Source of the DNA: Neophaeotheca triangularis
Taxonomy: Eukaryota
Direction of reading: 5' to 3'
Length of the DNA: 64,000 nucleotides
NCBI GenBank assembly: GCA_054600435.1
Contig: BAAIJX010000082.1
Location: 1-64,000 of the forward strand
Part shown: in pieces, positions 12,788-24,115 of the stretch
How the letters are laid out: each line of letters opens with the position of its first letter
Position numbering within the stretch: the first letter of the stretch is position 1
Notes under the pieces: model-generated
The model's database searches: none
The model's input: only the letters and a program-made list of their open reading frames with translations
Told to the model about the DNA's origin: nothing
Translations under genes and position numbers: made by a program

Positions 12788-13745
12788 ATGGATGTACCAG
12801 TCGCCGCCAATGTCTTGGGGACGCTTGGAGCTGTCTGCTGGTGTGTGCAGGTAGGTTCCCCCTAACTCTTCGAAAGACCCTAGATGCATACCTTACTGAT
12901 ACTATGTACTCTCTTCTCCAGCTGATTCCTCAAATCGTCGTCAACTACCGCAGACACAATGCAATCGGTCTCCAGCCGACCATGATGATGCTTTGGGCCT
13001 GGGCAGGAGTGCCTCTAGGCGTCTACAATATCGTCTCCAATTTCAACATAGCACTTCAGGTCCAGCCGCAGATTTTGACTGTCTTGAGTTTGGTAACATG
13101 GATCCAATGTTACTATTACGAGCAAGTATTGCTTCGACTCAGCCCACTTCCGCATATTAACTTGCCTTCTGACACATTCTCCAGAAATGGTCAATCACTT
13201 GTTCGCTCGCTGTCGTGATACCCATAGCTTGTGCCATGGCTGGTATAGAAGTCGGGCTAGTCTTTGCCCTACGCATTGGCTCTGATCGAGGTGTGGACTG
13301 GCCTACGACTGTCATGGCAGTCCTTGCGGCCGTCCTCTTATGCTTAGGAGTCGCCTCGCACTTCATAGACATCTACCGACATCGCAGCGTCAGAGGCATC
13401 AGTTTCATCTTCGTCGCCATCGATGCCTTGGGTGATCTTACTTCTCTGATATCAGTGATATTTGAGCCGGAGCTGGACGTCCTAGGAATCGTCATTTACG
13501 CCTCGGAGCTGTTCTTGTGGATGATTGTGTTCGCTTGTGGAGGCTACTACAACCTTCTGCCTTACTTGAAGGGAAAGCTGGCCGAGGAATCATCGAGGGG
13601 CCCTTCCTCAGCCGAGCCCCATGGCGAAGGCAACGGCATTGTGTTGCATGACATGCCCTCCTCGACCTCGGTGTTTCGAACCCCTTCCATGGCCTTACAG
13701 ATGCGCCGGCCGCATGCGGAGGGTATATCTGGGCGGGCTGAATGA
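12788..13745 (+). CDS. PQ-loop repeat membrane protein (YDR090C/Ilt1-like); exons 12788-12850, 12922-13125, 13185-13745
   Basis: MDVPVAANVLGTLGAVCWCVQLIPQI..NYRRH...GL...MMLWA; second repeat DIYRHRSVRGISFIFVAIDALGDLTSL. Two GT-AG introns. Confidence 0.88.
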
Positions 13746-14910
13746 GTCGCCACAAGACCAAGGCTCGGCGCTGTATACGCAATCGAGGAACGATATCACG
13801 GCTGCTCAAACAGAAAAGGAAACGATTGACAAAGAATCAAACGCAGTATGCAAGGCATTCATCCATTATGCCCAGAAGCTGAGTCTCCTCATTAGCTCTT
13901 CCATCGGCGGCTGCAGAGTAAGTGTTAGACGCTGCTACCCTGGTAACGTGACGGCTCGCAAAAACTCTGCCAGGCACAGCCAGTGTTGCTTCGTTGATTG
14001 GCTTCACAGTTCTTCCCAGCAACCGTCGTTAAGCAAGTTTCGCATGCTTTTTCCTCCCAGCCTGGCTACTATGTATGCGATTGGGGCCTGCCGTGGGTAC
14101 TTCTCCAGCTCCGAAGACGCGAGAACTCTCGCCGAGAACGAGCGGTCTTCTTCTCAGCGTATTTCCAGTCGTCGTTCCTGGCAAGTATCTGCAACAAACC
14201 TGCTTTGTTCTTCCTTCCTCCTCCGGGGGCGAAGTATGTAGTAAGTGCTAGGCCGCCAGTGTACATGTCTGGTCTCCAGAAGGAGGACAATGCCAGAGAG
14301 GGTGGAGTTCTCAAAATGTCACCCATTTTCAAGAATACTCTCGTTTCTTTCTCAAAATACGTGCACTTGACACCGACATCTACAAATTAGCGGAACTGTC
14401 CACGAGCCCTTATGGTAGGTCTGCATTTTGGCTTTTAGGGCTATAAAAACACATTGGGAGGGTCATCGCTCCGCTATACTCCACTCTCGCAGTTCCCCCT
14501 TAATACTTCCGTTCTGCACACTCGACCTGCTCACCTTCTCTTCATCGCTGACAGACGCACCCATTATACCAACCCGAAATACGTCGTGGTGGCTTTCTTG
14601 TCCCTAGTGTTGACCAAAAGCCGAAGTGAAGCTCAACGCTGCTGCTCTCTATGCCCCTGAACAACACTTGAGCACGGCCCCATTTCAACCTCACTACTTC
14701 CTCACCTGGCTGAAAGGTTCTCACTTCTGCCAACGTCATCGGCGTGAATTCGACTGCAAAAGCTCTCAACTTCCAACTCTCCCTTCTCCTTCCAACACCG
14801 CCACCACAACCTCCTCAGCATTAACAACACCACCAACCAAGTAAGACATTCTCAACTATCGTCTTCTACCGCATGTCACTGACAGCATGAAAAGCACACA
14901 ACACAACACT

Positions 14911-15651
14911 ATGCAGTCCGAGAACCAGCCAGGGTCTACGGACACCTCCCGCAGCAGTACTCCCAGACCTCACTCGGGCAAAACGAGCAGCACTAATCCC
15001 CCGGGAGACTCCCCAGAGGCTAGTACCTCATCGCACGCGCGCCGTGCCAGCGATGCCAGTGACACCACTGTCACCGCCCGCTCCGAGGCCGGGGATTCCA
15101 CCGCCTCAATCACCTACCCCGGCGCTCCGGCCAACACCCCCTTCGACGCCAGCAGCGTCGTAGGTTCCGGGTCCTCGGGCCCGGATACCTCGTCGCTCGA
15201 CGCTCGCCTCGCCATCATGGCAATCTCCTCGTCCGCCTCGGACAACTCCTCGGTCGCTGCCGACGGTACGTTCTCTCTCACCTAATCCTGCCCAGGACCC
15301 ACCTTTCCCACTTCACCTCACCCCTTCCCTGCTTTCCCACCCGCAAAACTACCCCAAACAATCGCGTACCACACACTCAGCGAAGAACCCACGCTAACAA
15401 ACCCAACCGCAGACCACCCTCCCAGCAACATCCGCGACGACATCGCAGCCGCCAACGGTGTCAAAGAACACTCGGCATGGGGCGAGGTCGCCATCGAGGA
15501 CCTGGGGCGCAGCCTGGCGCGGCTGACCAGGCTGGCCCAGGACGAGCACTCCCAGGACGGCAGCAAGAGCGTCGAGGAGTACTTCAGCATCCACTTGGCA
15601 GCGATGGTCAAGGCCAATGGGGTACGCTTCGACCCTAAGTATCTGCACTAA
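14911..15651 (+). CDS. Hypothetical orphan-like protein with a Ser/Thr-rich N-terminus; exons 14911-15265, 15413-15651
   Basis: Intron 15266-15412 (GTACGT..GCTAAC..CAG) joins two coding-biased segments in frame, ending ...RFDPKYLH*. A possible 5'-UTR intron starts at 14841 (GTAAGA). TATAAAA near 14442. Confidence 0.6.
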
Positions 15652-16097
15652 GAGCATCATATTCTTTGGTGAGTTTTTGCCTGAGTTGTGAGCAGTGGTG
15701 TAGGTGGCGGTGTGCTGACTCCTGGGTCCAGTGAAGCACATCTACGAGCACTACGGAGATAAGTGAAGACCATGGCGACCTACCGGGACCTGGCGGGTCC
15801 TCAACGGAGTCTACATAGCCGAGGAATGCCGGTTGTGGGTGAAAACCCACAACCGTGACTGCACTGAGGAGCTCTCCCTTTTTTGAGGACAGAGAAATCA
15901 CGAAGCACGAGACAAGGAGTTATTTGAATAGGTCAAGCGAACTTTAGCTGCGATCAGACTGCCGGCGAGCAAATTTCCCCCTTAGCTATATGCACAGAAA
16001 CAGCGAAAGCACGATTAACGAAGCAAACATCACCCACTCCAAACTCCATCGCTAGCCATGATCATGCACATCCCGCAGACAAAAGCCAGTTTCCCCT

Positions 16098-18881
16098 TCA
16101 CAAAGCCTTGACAGTCTGAAAAAAAGGATTCGCAAGCAAGTCCTGATTGCCCGCCACCAATTCCTTCATCCGCTTAACCTGCTCCTCCTCCCCCAACCCC
16201 TCGCTCTCAACTTGCTGCTTCCACTCAACCAGCATAGCCTTCAACATCCGACTCCCCTCCTCGACCTCCTCCTTACTAGCAATCACCGGCGCACCATCGC
16301 CATGCTTACCAGAGAAGTCCTCAAGCTCGTCCGCCTTCCTTTTAGCCATATTCACAACCTTCCGCGGAAACCTCACTAGCTCCGCCACGTGTATGCCGAA
16401 CGATTGGTCGCTAATCCCGGGCACGACTTTGTACAGCAGCGTCACCTCCCTGCGACGGCCGTTCGCCGCGTCCCCACTGCCACCCATGGCAGTGTCCTCG
16501 GCGTCCCCAATGTGGGCCACGACATGTAAGTTCTGCACCTGCTTGTGCGTCTCCACCAGCGCGGTCAATTCGTGGAAATGCGTGGCAAACATTGCGGAAG
16601 CGCCGATTTTGATAATCTCCTCGCTGATGGCCCACGCCAGCCCAAAACCGTCGTAGGTACTCGTGCCGCGACCGAGTTCGTCGATGATGACGAGCGACTC
16701 CCGCGTGGCGGTTTTGAGGATATTGGCTGTCTCCAGCATCTCGGCCATGAAAGTACTGACGCCTTTGAGCTGGCTGTCGCTCGCGCCGACACGGGCTAGG
16801 ATGCAGTCGAAGAGTGTGAGTTCGGCGTCGGTGCACGGCACGAAACACCCGATCTGCGCCATGAGAGCGATGACGCCGATTTGCCGGATGTACGTGGACT
16901 TGCCGCCCATGTTTGGACCGGTGATGATGAGGAATTCGGATTCGTCGCGCACGAGGGACACGTCGTTGGTGATGAAGGAGACGTCGTCTTGCATTTCCAT
17001 ACACGGGTGGCGGGCTTCTTTAAGGACGGTGTTGCCGGTGCCTCGAGGGTGCATCTTGGGGCGGACGTAGGAGCTTGGCGCGTGAACGGAGACGTGGGCG
17101 AAACTGACGATTACGTCGAGGTGTGCGAGAATGCCGGCTAGTCGCTCGATGACGGGGCAGTAGGAAGCAGCCACGCCAACGACTTCGCTCACGAGGCCTG
17201 ACTGTGTGCGGTTGTAGTTGTCTGACATTTGGTCAAACTCTTGACGCAGTTGCTTCATGTGCCTGGTGGTGAAATAGACGCCATTCTTCTGCGTGGAACA
17301 CTCCTCATAATCTCGCTTGTTGCGAATGGCGCCCGCCTCGTTCCTGGTCAGACGGAAGCAGTAGCCATGTTGCTTGGTATTCTCGAGAAACAGTTTTTTC
17401 TCGGTGTCTTGGTTCAAATCATCACCAACCCGCTGATGCTCCTTATTCATATCGTAGCGCAGCTTGTCAAGCTTCTTCCTGATGATCCTCAAACCGTCGT
17501 CAAACTCAGACTTGATGATGAACTCATGATTGTCCAGAGCTTCCAAATCGACGGTGGTCTCGACCATCTCCTGTAGCCTCTCAAGATCTCCAGAGCACTT
17601 GCGCAGCTTGTTTGTATACTCCACGTCGAGAGGGTCCTTGTAGGCTTCATCCATCACCCCTTCGAAAGTACCAATGAAATCAGGCAGACGGATAGCGACC
17701 TGGTATGCTCGGACCACGTCCTCAAGGTTGGCCTTCTTGCGCTGGAATTTCTTTGCCAAGCGGTAAAGATCCGGAATGGAGCGCAAATGCTCTTCCTGTA
17801 GGGTCTGTCGCAGTTCGGTGTCACTGACGAAAGCTTCGACCAGCTGCTGTCTTCGCTCGATATCTTCCAGAGTCATCAACGGCTGCTTCAGCCATTGTGC
17901 AAGCAAGCGGCTGCCGACTGGAGTTTTGCAGTGATTGAGCAAACCGTAAAGATTCATCGTCTTCGAGCCGTCCTTGGGACCAGGCATGAGGTTCAGAGCC
18001 TTTAGAGCAGAAGAGTCGAGCTTCATGTATTGGCTGAGATCGTGCTGGTAAAGTTGGAACTCGCCGAAATTGCTCGGATCCGACATGACACCAAGATACT
18101 TTATAAGCGCGGCCGCAGAGCTCATGGCCAGCTTCAAATCAGTCTGAGGCAGCGTTCCGGCAGACTTGTCGTCCCTCAGTAGCCTAGTAAGATCCTGTTC
18201 AATGTCCTTGTTGCCAAAATCGCCACCAGGTCGCTCAGAAACAGCGCAACCGCAGTTGTCGGCTATGGCACGCAATTTCTGGAGTTCAGGATCCTTCTTT
18301 GTGCCGTCATGCTGCAACAAGCACTCCTTGACGCCAAGCTGAATGAGCAAAGACTCAAAATTGGAGTAGATATCATTGTCGACAAACTCGCTCACACCAA
18401 GCTCACGCACGCTGGCATCGGCAAAGCAAACGCCCACATTGCGAGCTTCGGTTGCCTTCGCAGAGACTTTGACCGCAAGTATGATGGGTGCAGACTCAAC
18501 GTGTCCACCAAGATCGTCTTCGATGTCTTGGAGGTTTCCCGGTGATGCCTGCTTTGCGACTTTCCAGGTATTGCGGCCGGAAGTGCTCAAAATCTCGACC
18601 CGCTTGCCGAGCTTGAAGATGGCTTCTCTCAAGAAGCTGCGAAACGCCGTCACGGTCATGGTCACGGAGGGTAAGCCTGGGTTCCTGCCGAGGGTCTTGA
18701 GGACGGATGTCGTCTTGTACTGTATCCGGGCAATGTATTCGGCGTCTGGCCCGTGGGCTGTGAGATAAGAGTCTCGGTCGAATATGCGGACCGTGTCCGC
18801 ATTCTTGCCGCGCTCGAGTTGCTGGAAGGCTTTGATGAAGCCAGGTTCATCGTCCATCTTGAGCTCTGGGCGGCTGCCCAT
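16098..18881 (-). CDS. MSH2: DNA mismatch repair protein Msh2, single exon
   Basis: MGSRPELK start, ASPGNLQDIE, YMKLDSSALKALNL, Walker A ITGPNMGGKSTYIRQ, STFMAEMLET, IIDELGRGTSTYDGFGLA, FATHFHELT, SFGIHVAE. Confidence 0.98.
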   Translation of the reverse strand: MGSRPELKMDDEPGFIKAFQQLERGKNADTVRIFDRDSYLTAHGPDAEYIARIQYKTTSVLKTLGRNPGLPSVTMTVTAFRSFLREAIFKLGKRVEILSTSGRNTWKVAKQASPGNLQDIEDDLGGHVESAPIILAVKVSAKATEARNVGVCFADASVRELGVSEFVDNDIYSNFESLLIQLGVKECLLQHDGTKKDPELQKLRAIADNCGCAVSERPGGDFGNKDIEQDLTRLLRDDKSAGTLPQTDLKLAMSSAAALIKYLGVMSDPSNFGEFQLYQHDLSQYMKLDSSALKALNLMPGPKDGSKTMNLYGLLNHCKTPVGSRLLAQWLKQPLMTLEDIERRQQLVEAFVSDTELRQTLQEEHLRSIPDLYRLAKKFQRKKANLEDVVRAYQVAIRLPDFIGTFEGVMDEAYKDPLDVEYTNKLRKCSGDLERLQEMVETTVDLEALDNHEFIIKSEFDDGLRIIRKKLDKLRYDMNKEHQRVGDDLNQDTEKKLFLENTKQHGYCFRLTRNEAGAIRNKRDYEECSTQKNGVYFTTRHMKQLRQEFDQMSDNYNRTQSGLVSEVVGVAASYCPVIERLAGILAHLDVIVSFAHVSVHAPSSYVRPKMHPRGTGNTVLKEARHPCMEMQDDVSFITNDVSLVRDESEFLIITGPNMGGKSTYIRQIGVIALMAQIGCFVPCTDAELTLFDCILARVGASDSQLKGVSTFMAEMLETANILKTATRESLVIIDELGRGTSTYDGFGLAWAISEEIIKIGASAMFATHFHELTALVETHKQVQNLHVVAHIGDAEDTAMGGSGDAANGRRREVTLLYKVVPGISDQSFGIHVAELVRFPRKVVNMAKRKADELEDFSGKHGDGAPVIASKEEVEEGSRMLKAMLVEWKQQVESEGLGEEEQVKRMKELVAGNQDLLANPFFQTVKAL

Positions 18882-19057
18882 GGTTGCGTTGCGGTTGATG
18901 ACTTCGGGGCAGGCTTGTGTTGAGGTATTCGAATTTGACGTCGACTGCGTAGAATCGCGGACAGTGGTCAGCGCGAGGCAAAGTAGTATATGTAATTGGG
19001 CAAGTGTCGAGTAAATCACAAATCTCTGAATTGCTGCAGGCAGATGTCGTGAGGAAG

Positions 19058-19080
19058 ACGCGCCTCAGAGTTCGACGCGT
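19058..19080. promoter_or_regulatory. MCB elements upstream of MSH2
   Basis: ACGCGT at 19075-19080 and ACGCG at 19058-19062 (another ACGCG at 19315-19319). Confidence 0.6.
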
Positions 19081-19436
19081 AAAGTGCAGACGTCCCGAGT
19101 ATCGCCACGTCATTGGCTCAAATCTGCCGGCGCTAACGATCGTACACTTCAAAGATGGGTTTCGTGCATCACGCCCGTCCATCGGATTCAGCGTTTTTCC
19201 ATCACCAAGACACTCAAAAATAGTCGCCCCTACGATGTGCGCTGGGCTGATGCTTCTATGCGGCAAGCTGAGGAAAACAGCTGCATGCTGGCACTTCACA
19301 GATCATGTAGTTTGACGCGGTTGAAAAGAACAATTTATGTCAATTGCAGAACAGCAACACCACATTATACCAAGACCCTCATTGGACGCCGAAGGGTATC
19401 ATGCCCGTTTCTCGTTCTCATTCATAACCAGGCACT

Positions 19437-22165
19437 TCACGCAACCACACCAAGCGGTCCGCCTCTCCGCTGACTTGTAGCGCCAGTACCCCTGTTGCTC
19501 CCTCTCGCCGCGCCAGGGCGGTTGAGCGTGTATTTGGCGAAAGCCCTCGCCAACGCCTTTTTGCAACTGACCTTCTGGCTGCCCACAAAGCTGTCTACTG
19601 CAACGGCAATGGCTCTGTCAATGTCGTTGCTGTTGCAGAATTCGGAGAGGCGCATTTTGGCGAAGGATTCGGCGATACGAAGAATTGATTCGAGATGACG
19701 GACCTAGAAGCAGGGTATAAGTCGGGAGCTAATGAGTGCGGGTGATGGGTGGTGGCTTACAGTGATAGGATAGGCTCCAGTGGCCAGCGATTCCCTGCGC
19801 ATGTCTGCAAATAGCCGGGCAATCTTGTCTTGGTCGATCTGATAGAGCTTAGGGCGGCATCGCTCACGAGCGTAGAGAATGTACTTCCTCAGCAGCTCTT
19901 GCGAGATCTCGCCTTGAGGCACACCATGCTGCACCTGCTGTCGCTCAGGGTCGTCGTCCATGCTGTTCTCCGCCGTGGCGTTTGTTTGCTGGGTTTGTGA
20001 GCCGAGAGCACTGCTCATGACAGGATGGGCACGGCCATGGCTATTGACCACGAAAGAGGCGAGACGCTCGTCTTCTTCAGGGTCCACCGTGTCTCGCACA
20101 ACGCAAAGGATGTCAAAACGCGAGAGAATGGGCTCCGTGAGCTCGACGTTCTGGCTGAAGGGTACGGTGCCGTTGTAACGGCCTCCGATGGGATTTGCCG
20201 CAGCCACAACTGCGCAGCGGGCTTGGAGCGTGGTAACAATACCCGCTTTTGAGATGGAGATAGTCTGCTGCTCCATTGCTTCGTGGATGGATGTGCGGTC
20301 CTGATCATTCATCTTGTCGAATTCGTCGATGAGACAGGTGCCCTTGTCTGCTAGTACAAGCGCGCCTCCCTCAAGCGTCCATTCTGCTGTGAGTGGGTCA
20401 CGGCGTACACTGGCCGTGAGACCAACTGCGGAAGCTCCTTGACCTGTTGCGAATACGGCTCGATGTGCAGTTGACTCAATATACTTCAGTACCTGGGACT
20501 TCGCCGTACCAGGATCACCGAGGAGAAGAATGTTGATGTCGCCTCGGATGTTGAGTTTGCCTTGAGCTTCCTTGGAAACGCCGCCAAAGAGAGAAAGCGC
20601 AACGGCGGTTTTGATGTCTTCGTGGCCGTAAATCGAGGGGGCGATAGAATGGACAAGCTTGTGAATTATATCGGGGTCACGGCTCAGAGCGCGGATTTCC
20701 CTCTCATCTTGTTCAGAAAGTTTGAAGCCTGCAAGTTGATCATGGGACTTGACAACATGGTTGGCTTCTAGAATTGTCGCAAACACGGGAAAGCCGTTCT
20801 TGTTGTTGAGTTGAGCGTCATAATTGTTGCGGTAGACACCTGTGATTTCGACCTCTTCGCCAGGCTTGGCCGAGTCGATCAAATCCCATAGTAGGATGAC
20901 TTCTCGATGGCGAGGGAGACGACCAGCTGGAACCGTACCTGGCGATTCCTGAAGTGTAAGCTTCTGGTAGTTCCGGTAGACTGTCTTCTCGCTGTTCACG
21001 GTGAACGGGCCTTTAGACTGGCAATTCTGGCAGAATGACAGCTTGATCTCGGCGTTACTGTCTTGAGGAAAGGGTCCAAGAGTGATTCCACATTTGTTGC
21101 AGTCAAACTTGACATACTTGAGCTGTGGGAAGACGCCGGACCGCCGCGTCACAACACCAGAGACGCGGAGCAGACAGTTGAGGTGCGATTGACGGAGTTG
21201 ACGCAGCGTATACGACACTGGCAGGTCGGTAATACGGACGTGCAGTTCGTTATGGATGCGCTCGTAGTCTGGGTAATGGTAGAGTGCGACGTCAAGAGCT
21301 ACCGTATCGAATATTGGGAGCACGGCTGATGGCACGTTGACCAAGAAGTACGCAAGTGTTGGTTTGGACTCCGAGAGATGATCCCAGCATACCTCCAAGC
21401 TTTCCGCGTTGATTTCTCCGAGTGTCCTGATGCGGACACCATAGACTGAAGTACCAGTGTTGTCGGTGTACTCTGTGAGGAAAGACTTGAACTCTCGTGC
21501 GATAGTCTTGTGGACTTGCGGCTGCGAGACCCAGTCGTCGAGATTGGCCGCCTTCACATCTGCAAGGGCTTCGAGTGAGAGTTCTTCATTCATGATGTCG
21601 TCGTCCATGTCCACATCGTCCATCTCCTCATCGTATCTATGCCTCCGGCGTCTGGGTTGGCGGGTCAGGTCTGCTACGTCCTCTTCGGTGTCCGGAAGGA
21701 AGGCGGCTGGCATGCGTCTTTCCTGCGCCAGATCTCTATCTCTCCTATTGAGTCGTGCTTCGAGCGCTCGCCTTTGCGCGAGGTCCATGCCCTCAAAGTC
21801 GCCCTCATCGTCAATGTCGGCGCCAGCGTATGCGCGGTCCTCTCGGCGGTTGTAGTCGTTTTCGAAGTTGTCGGCAAATAGATCGATGCCAGCATCGTCT
21901 TCTGCCATCTCATCTGCATCGTCAATGTCCTGGACCAGCTCGTCTTCGGGATCTATGTTGTCGTCCTCATCTCCGTCGTCGTTTTGCGGAAAGACGGGCG
22001 GGGATGATGCAGGGGCTAAGAAGAGTCAGTATCTGCCAGCTTCGGCTGGAGACGACAGTACGTACGACTAGATGGTGGTGCTGCAGAGGAAGATGGCGCA
22101 TTGTCTTCGGCGTCCCTGCCTCTCTTCCTTCCCTGCGTGAGACGGCCACGGTTTCCAGACGCCAT
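19437..22165 (-). CDS. MCM2: DNA replication licensing factor Mcm2; exons 22165-22066, 22015-19761, 19703-19437
   Basis: Acidic N-terminal histone-binding region, C4 zinc finger (CNKC..CQNC), LQESPGTVPAGRLPR, GDPGTAKSQ, IDEFDKM, SRFD arginine finger, PIT|VRHLES across intron 2. Confidence 0.98.
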
Positions 22166-22361
22166 GTTGGATTGAAGCGGTGGGGAACTGGAGCGGTTAG
22201 TGTATGCAAGATGCGAAGTCATGCGACCACACTCACCTCATTGTCTCGAATACTCGTGGGTATGTTGTGTTGTGTTGCAATGGAGTCGTTGAATCGTGGA
22301 GTCTTGATAAGTTGGAGTGTTGCGATAACAACGAGGGGAAGAAACGAGCGAAGCCAGGACG

Positions 22362-22431
22362 ACGCGACTAAAGAAACGCGCTAGTTGGAGTGCTTGCAGC
22401 TGGCCAACCAATCAAAGTGCGAGTTGCGCGT
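22362..22431. promoter_or_regulatory. MCB-like cores in the MCM2/UBR7 bidirectional promoter
   Basis: ACGCGA at 22362-22367, ACGCG at 22376-22380, CGCGT at 22427-22431. Confidence 0.55.
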
Positions 22432-22540
22432 CTTCTCGTCGCGACCTCATGTCCTCCCTCCGTCAACGACATCAACCTGGACCTTTACCTTCCACCTTAA
22501 ACACTTGCGCCGACACAATCGATTGATCGCGTCTACCACC

Positions 22541-24115
22541 ATGGAGTCGACCACTATCAACGATACCGATCCCGCCCGCACCACGAGCCTCACCCAGTCC
22601 CAGGCATCCCAAGAGTCTCAAACCGCCGGGGACTACATCTCAAGCCAACTGCGCCTCGAAGCCGATGCTCGAGAAGCGCTGCCTTACCAGTTCGACACAT
22701 GCACTAAACCTCTAGGCCCTCTCAAGCAATCCGTATTCGCATGTTTGACCTGCACACCTCCACCCGCATCGCCACTCCAACATTTCACTCCCGCCGGCGT
22801 CTGCTACAGTTGTAGCATCTCTTGCCATGGTGAGCACAATCTCGTCGAGCTCTTCACAAAGCGCGACTTTGTCTGCGACTGTGGGACGACGCGTATGGAA
22901 AATGGTGGTACTCCATGCTCGTTGAGGGTGAACCAGGATACTGGCTTGAAGGGTGGCGTCTTGGGGGAAAAGGCGAGGGAGGGCAACAAATACAACCAAA
23001 ACTTCCAGGGCAAGTTTTGTGGTTGTGGCGAGGAGTATGATCCGGAGAAGGAGAAGGGGACTATGTTCCAGTGTCTAGAGCTGGGTCACGTGGGGGAGGG
23101 AAGTTGTGGGGAGGATTGGTGGCATCCTGAGTGCTTGATGGGAGTGCCGAGGGTGGTGCTGGAGGCGAAAAGTAAGGTCGAAACCAACGGGGCGATGGCA
23201 ACTGTCAAAGAGGAGGTTGATGAGGCTCAGCCGAATGGTACCCACGAAGAAGGCAGCGGGGAGTTAGAGGAGCTGCCACTGCCTGAAGGGTTTCCTGGCG
23301 AAGACGATTTCGACCACCTTCTGTGCTACAAATGCGTTGAGGCTTTCCCATTCATGAAGCGATATGCGGGTACGCGAGGATTTCTGCCCGCTGTTCCACT
23401 ACAGCACACGAGCCTAGCTGAGGATGCAAACGCCGGAGCATCCAGCGGCGCCGAAGCAGTCGAGGCTCCTCTGCCAGTTTTGGAGAAGACGGATAGCAAA
23501 AAACGAAAAGCCGATGACACCGCGGACGATGCTCAAGACAGTAAGAAAGTCAAGACCGACGAAGAGATCACCGACTCGGCAGCTACAATAGCTTCTACGA
23601 ACGGCACAAGCGAGACATCTGCACCCAAGCACGCGATCCTCCCTACAAACCCACCAACTGCCCACATCTCCCTCTTCCTCAAAGAAGACTTTCGCGACCA
23701 CCTATGCCGCTGCCCAGAATGCTACCCACTCCTGCGCCCCCACCCTCAGCTCCTCGAAGAAGAAGACCCGTACGAGCCCCCTCTATCCACTTCCAGCGCT
23801 TCTGAAGGCGGCCAAAACAGAATCGCAAATGGCTCCGCAAGCGTGCACTCTGGCTCTTTACTCGAACGCGGCGAAGCTGCTCTCAACAACATGGACCGTG
23901 TTCGGGCTATCGAGGGCGTGATGGCGTATAATCATGTTCGGGATAAGGTGAGGGAGTTTCTGAAGCCTTTTGCTGAAAGTGGGGATGTTGTTAGTGCGGA
24001 GGAGGTTAAAGCGTACTTTGCCCGGTTGAGAGGAGACGAGGGGGTCGGGGACAGGAGTGCGGATGGTGGAGGTGGTGGAGAGGGTGACGGGCGGAGGGAG
24101 CAGGAGGGGTATTGA
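22541..24115 (+). CDS. UBR-box/PHD protein (UBR7 / Mlo2 orthologue)
   Basis: LEADAREALPYQFDTCT, FACLTC, GVCYSCSISCHGEHNLVELFTKRDFVCDCG, NKYNQNFQGKFCGC, EDWWHPECL, LCRCPEC, MDRVRAIEGVMAYN. Confidence 0.92.
   Translation: MESTTINDTDPARTTSLTQSQASQESQTAGDYISSQLRLEADAREALPYQFDTCTKPLGPLKQSVFACLTCTPPPASPLQHFTPAGVCYSCSISCHGEHNLVELFTKRDFVCDCGTTRMENGGTPCSLRVNQDTGLKGGVLGEKAREGNKYNQNFQGKFCGCGEEYDPEKEKGTMFQCLELGHVGEGSCGEDWWHPECLMGVPRVVLEAKSKVETNGAMATVKEEVDEAQPNGTHEEGSGELEELPLPEGFPGEDDFDHLLCYKCVEAFPFMKRYAGTRGFLPAVPLQHTSLAEDANAGASSGAEAVEAPLPVLEKTDSKKRKADDTADDAQDSKKVKTDEEITDSAATIASTNGTSETSAPKHAILPTNPPTAHISLFLKEDFRDHLCRCPECYPLLRPHPQLLEEEDPYEPPLSTSSASEGGQNRIANGSASVHSGSLLERGEAALNNMDRVRAIEGVMAYNHVRDKVREFLKPFAESGDVVSAEEVKAYFARLRGDEGVGDRSADGGGGGEGDGRREQEGY

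Noticed and set aside
14069..14332. 87-aa minus-strand ORF between the PQ-loop and orphan genes
   Set aside because: No recognisable motif, splice support or codon bias.
15841..15900. Hammerhead-like CTGAGGA and GAAA words near the GNRA hairpin
   Set aside because: I could not build stems I-III with a correctly placed NUH cleavage site in any permutation.
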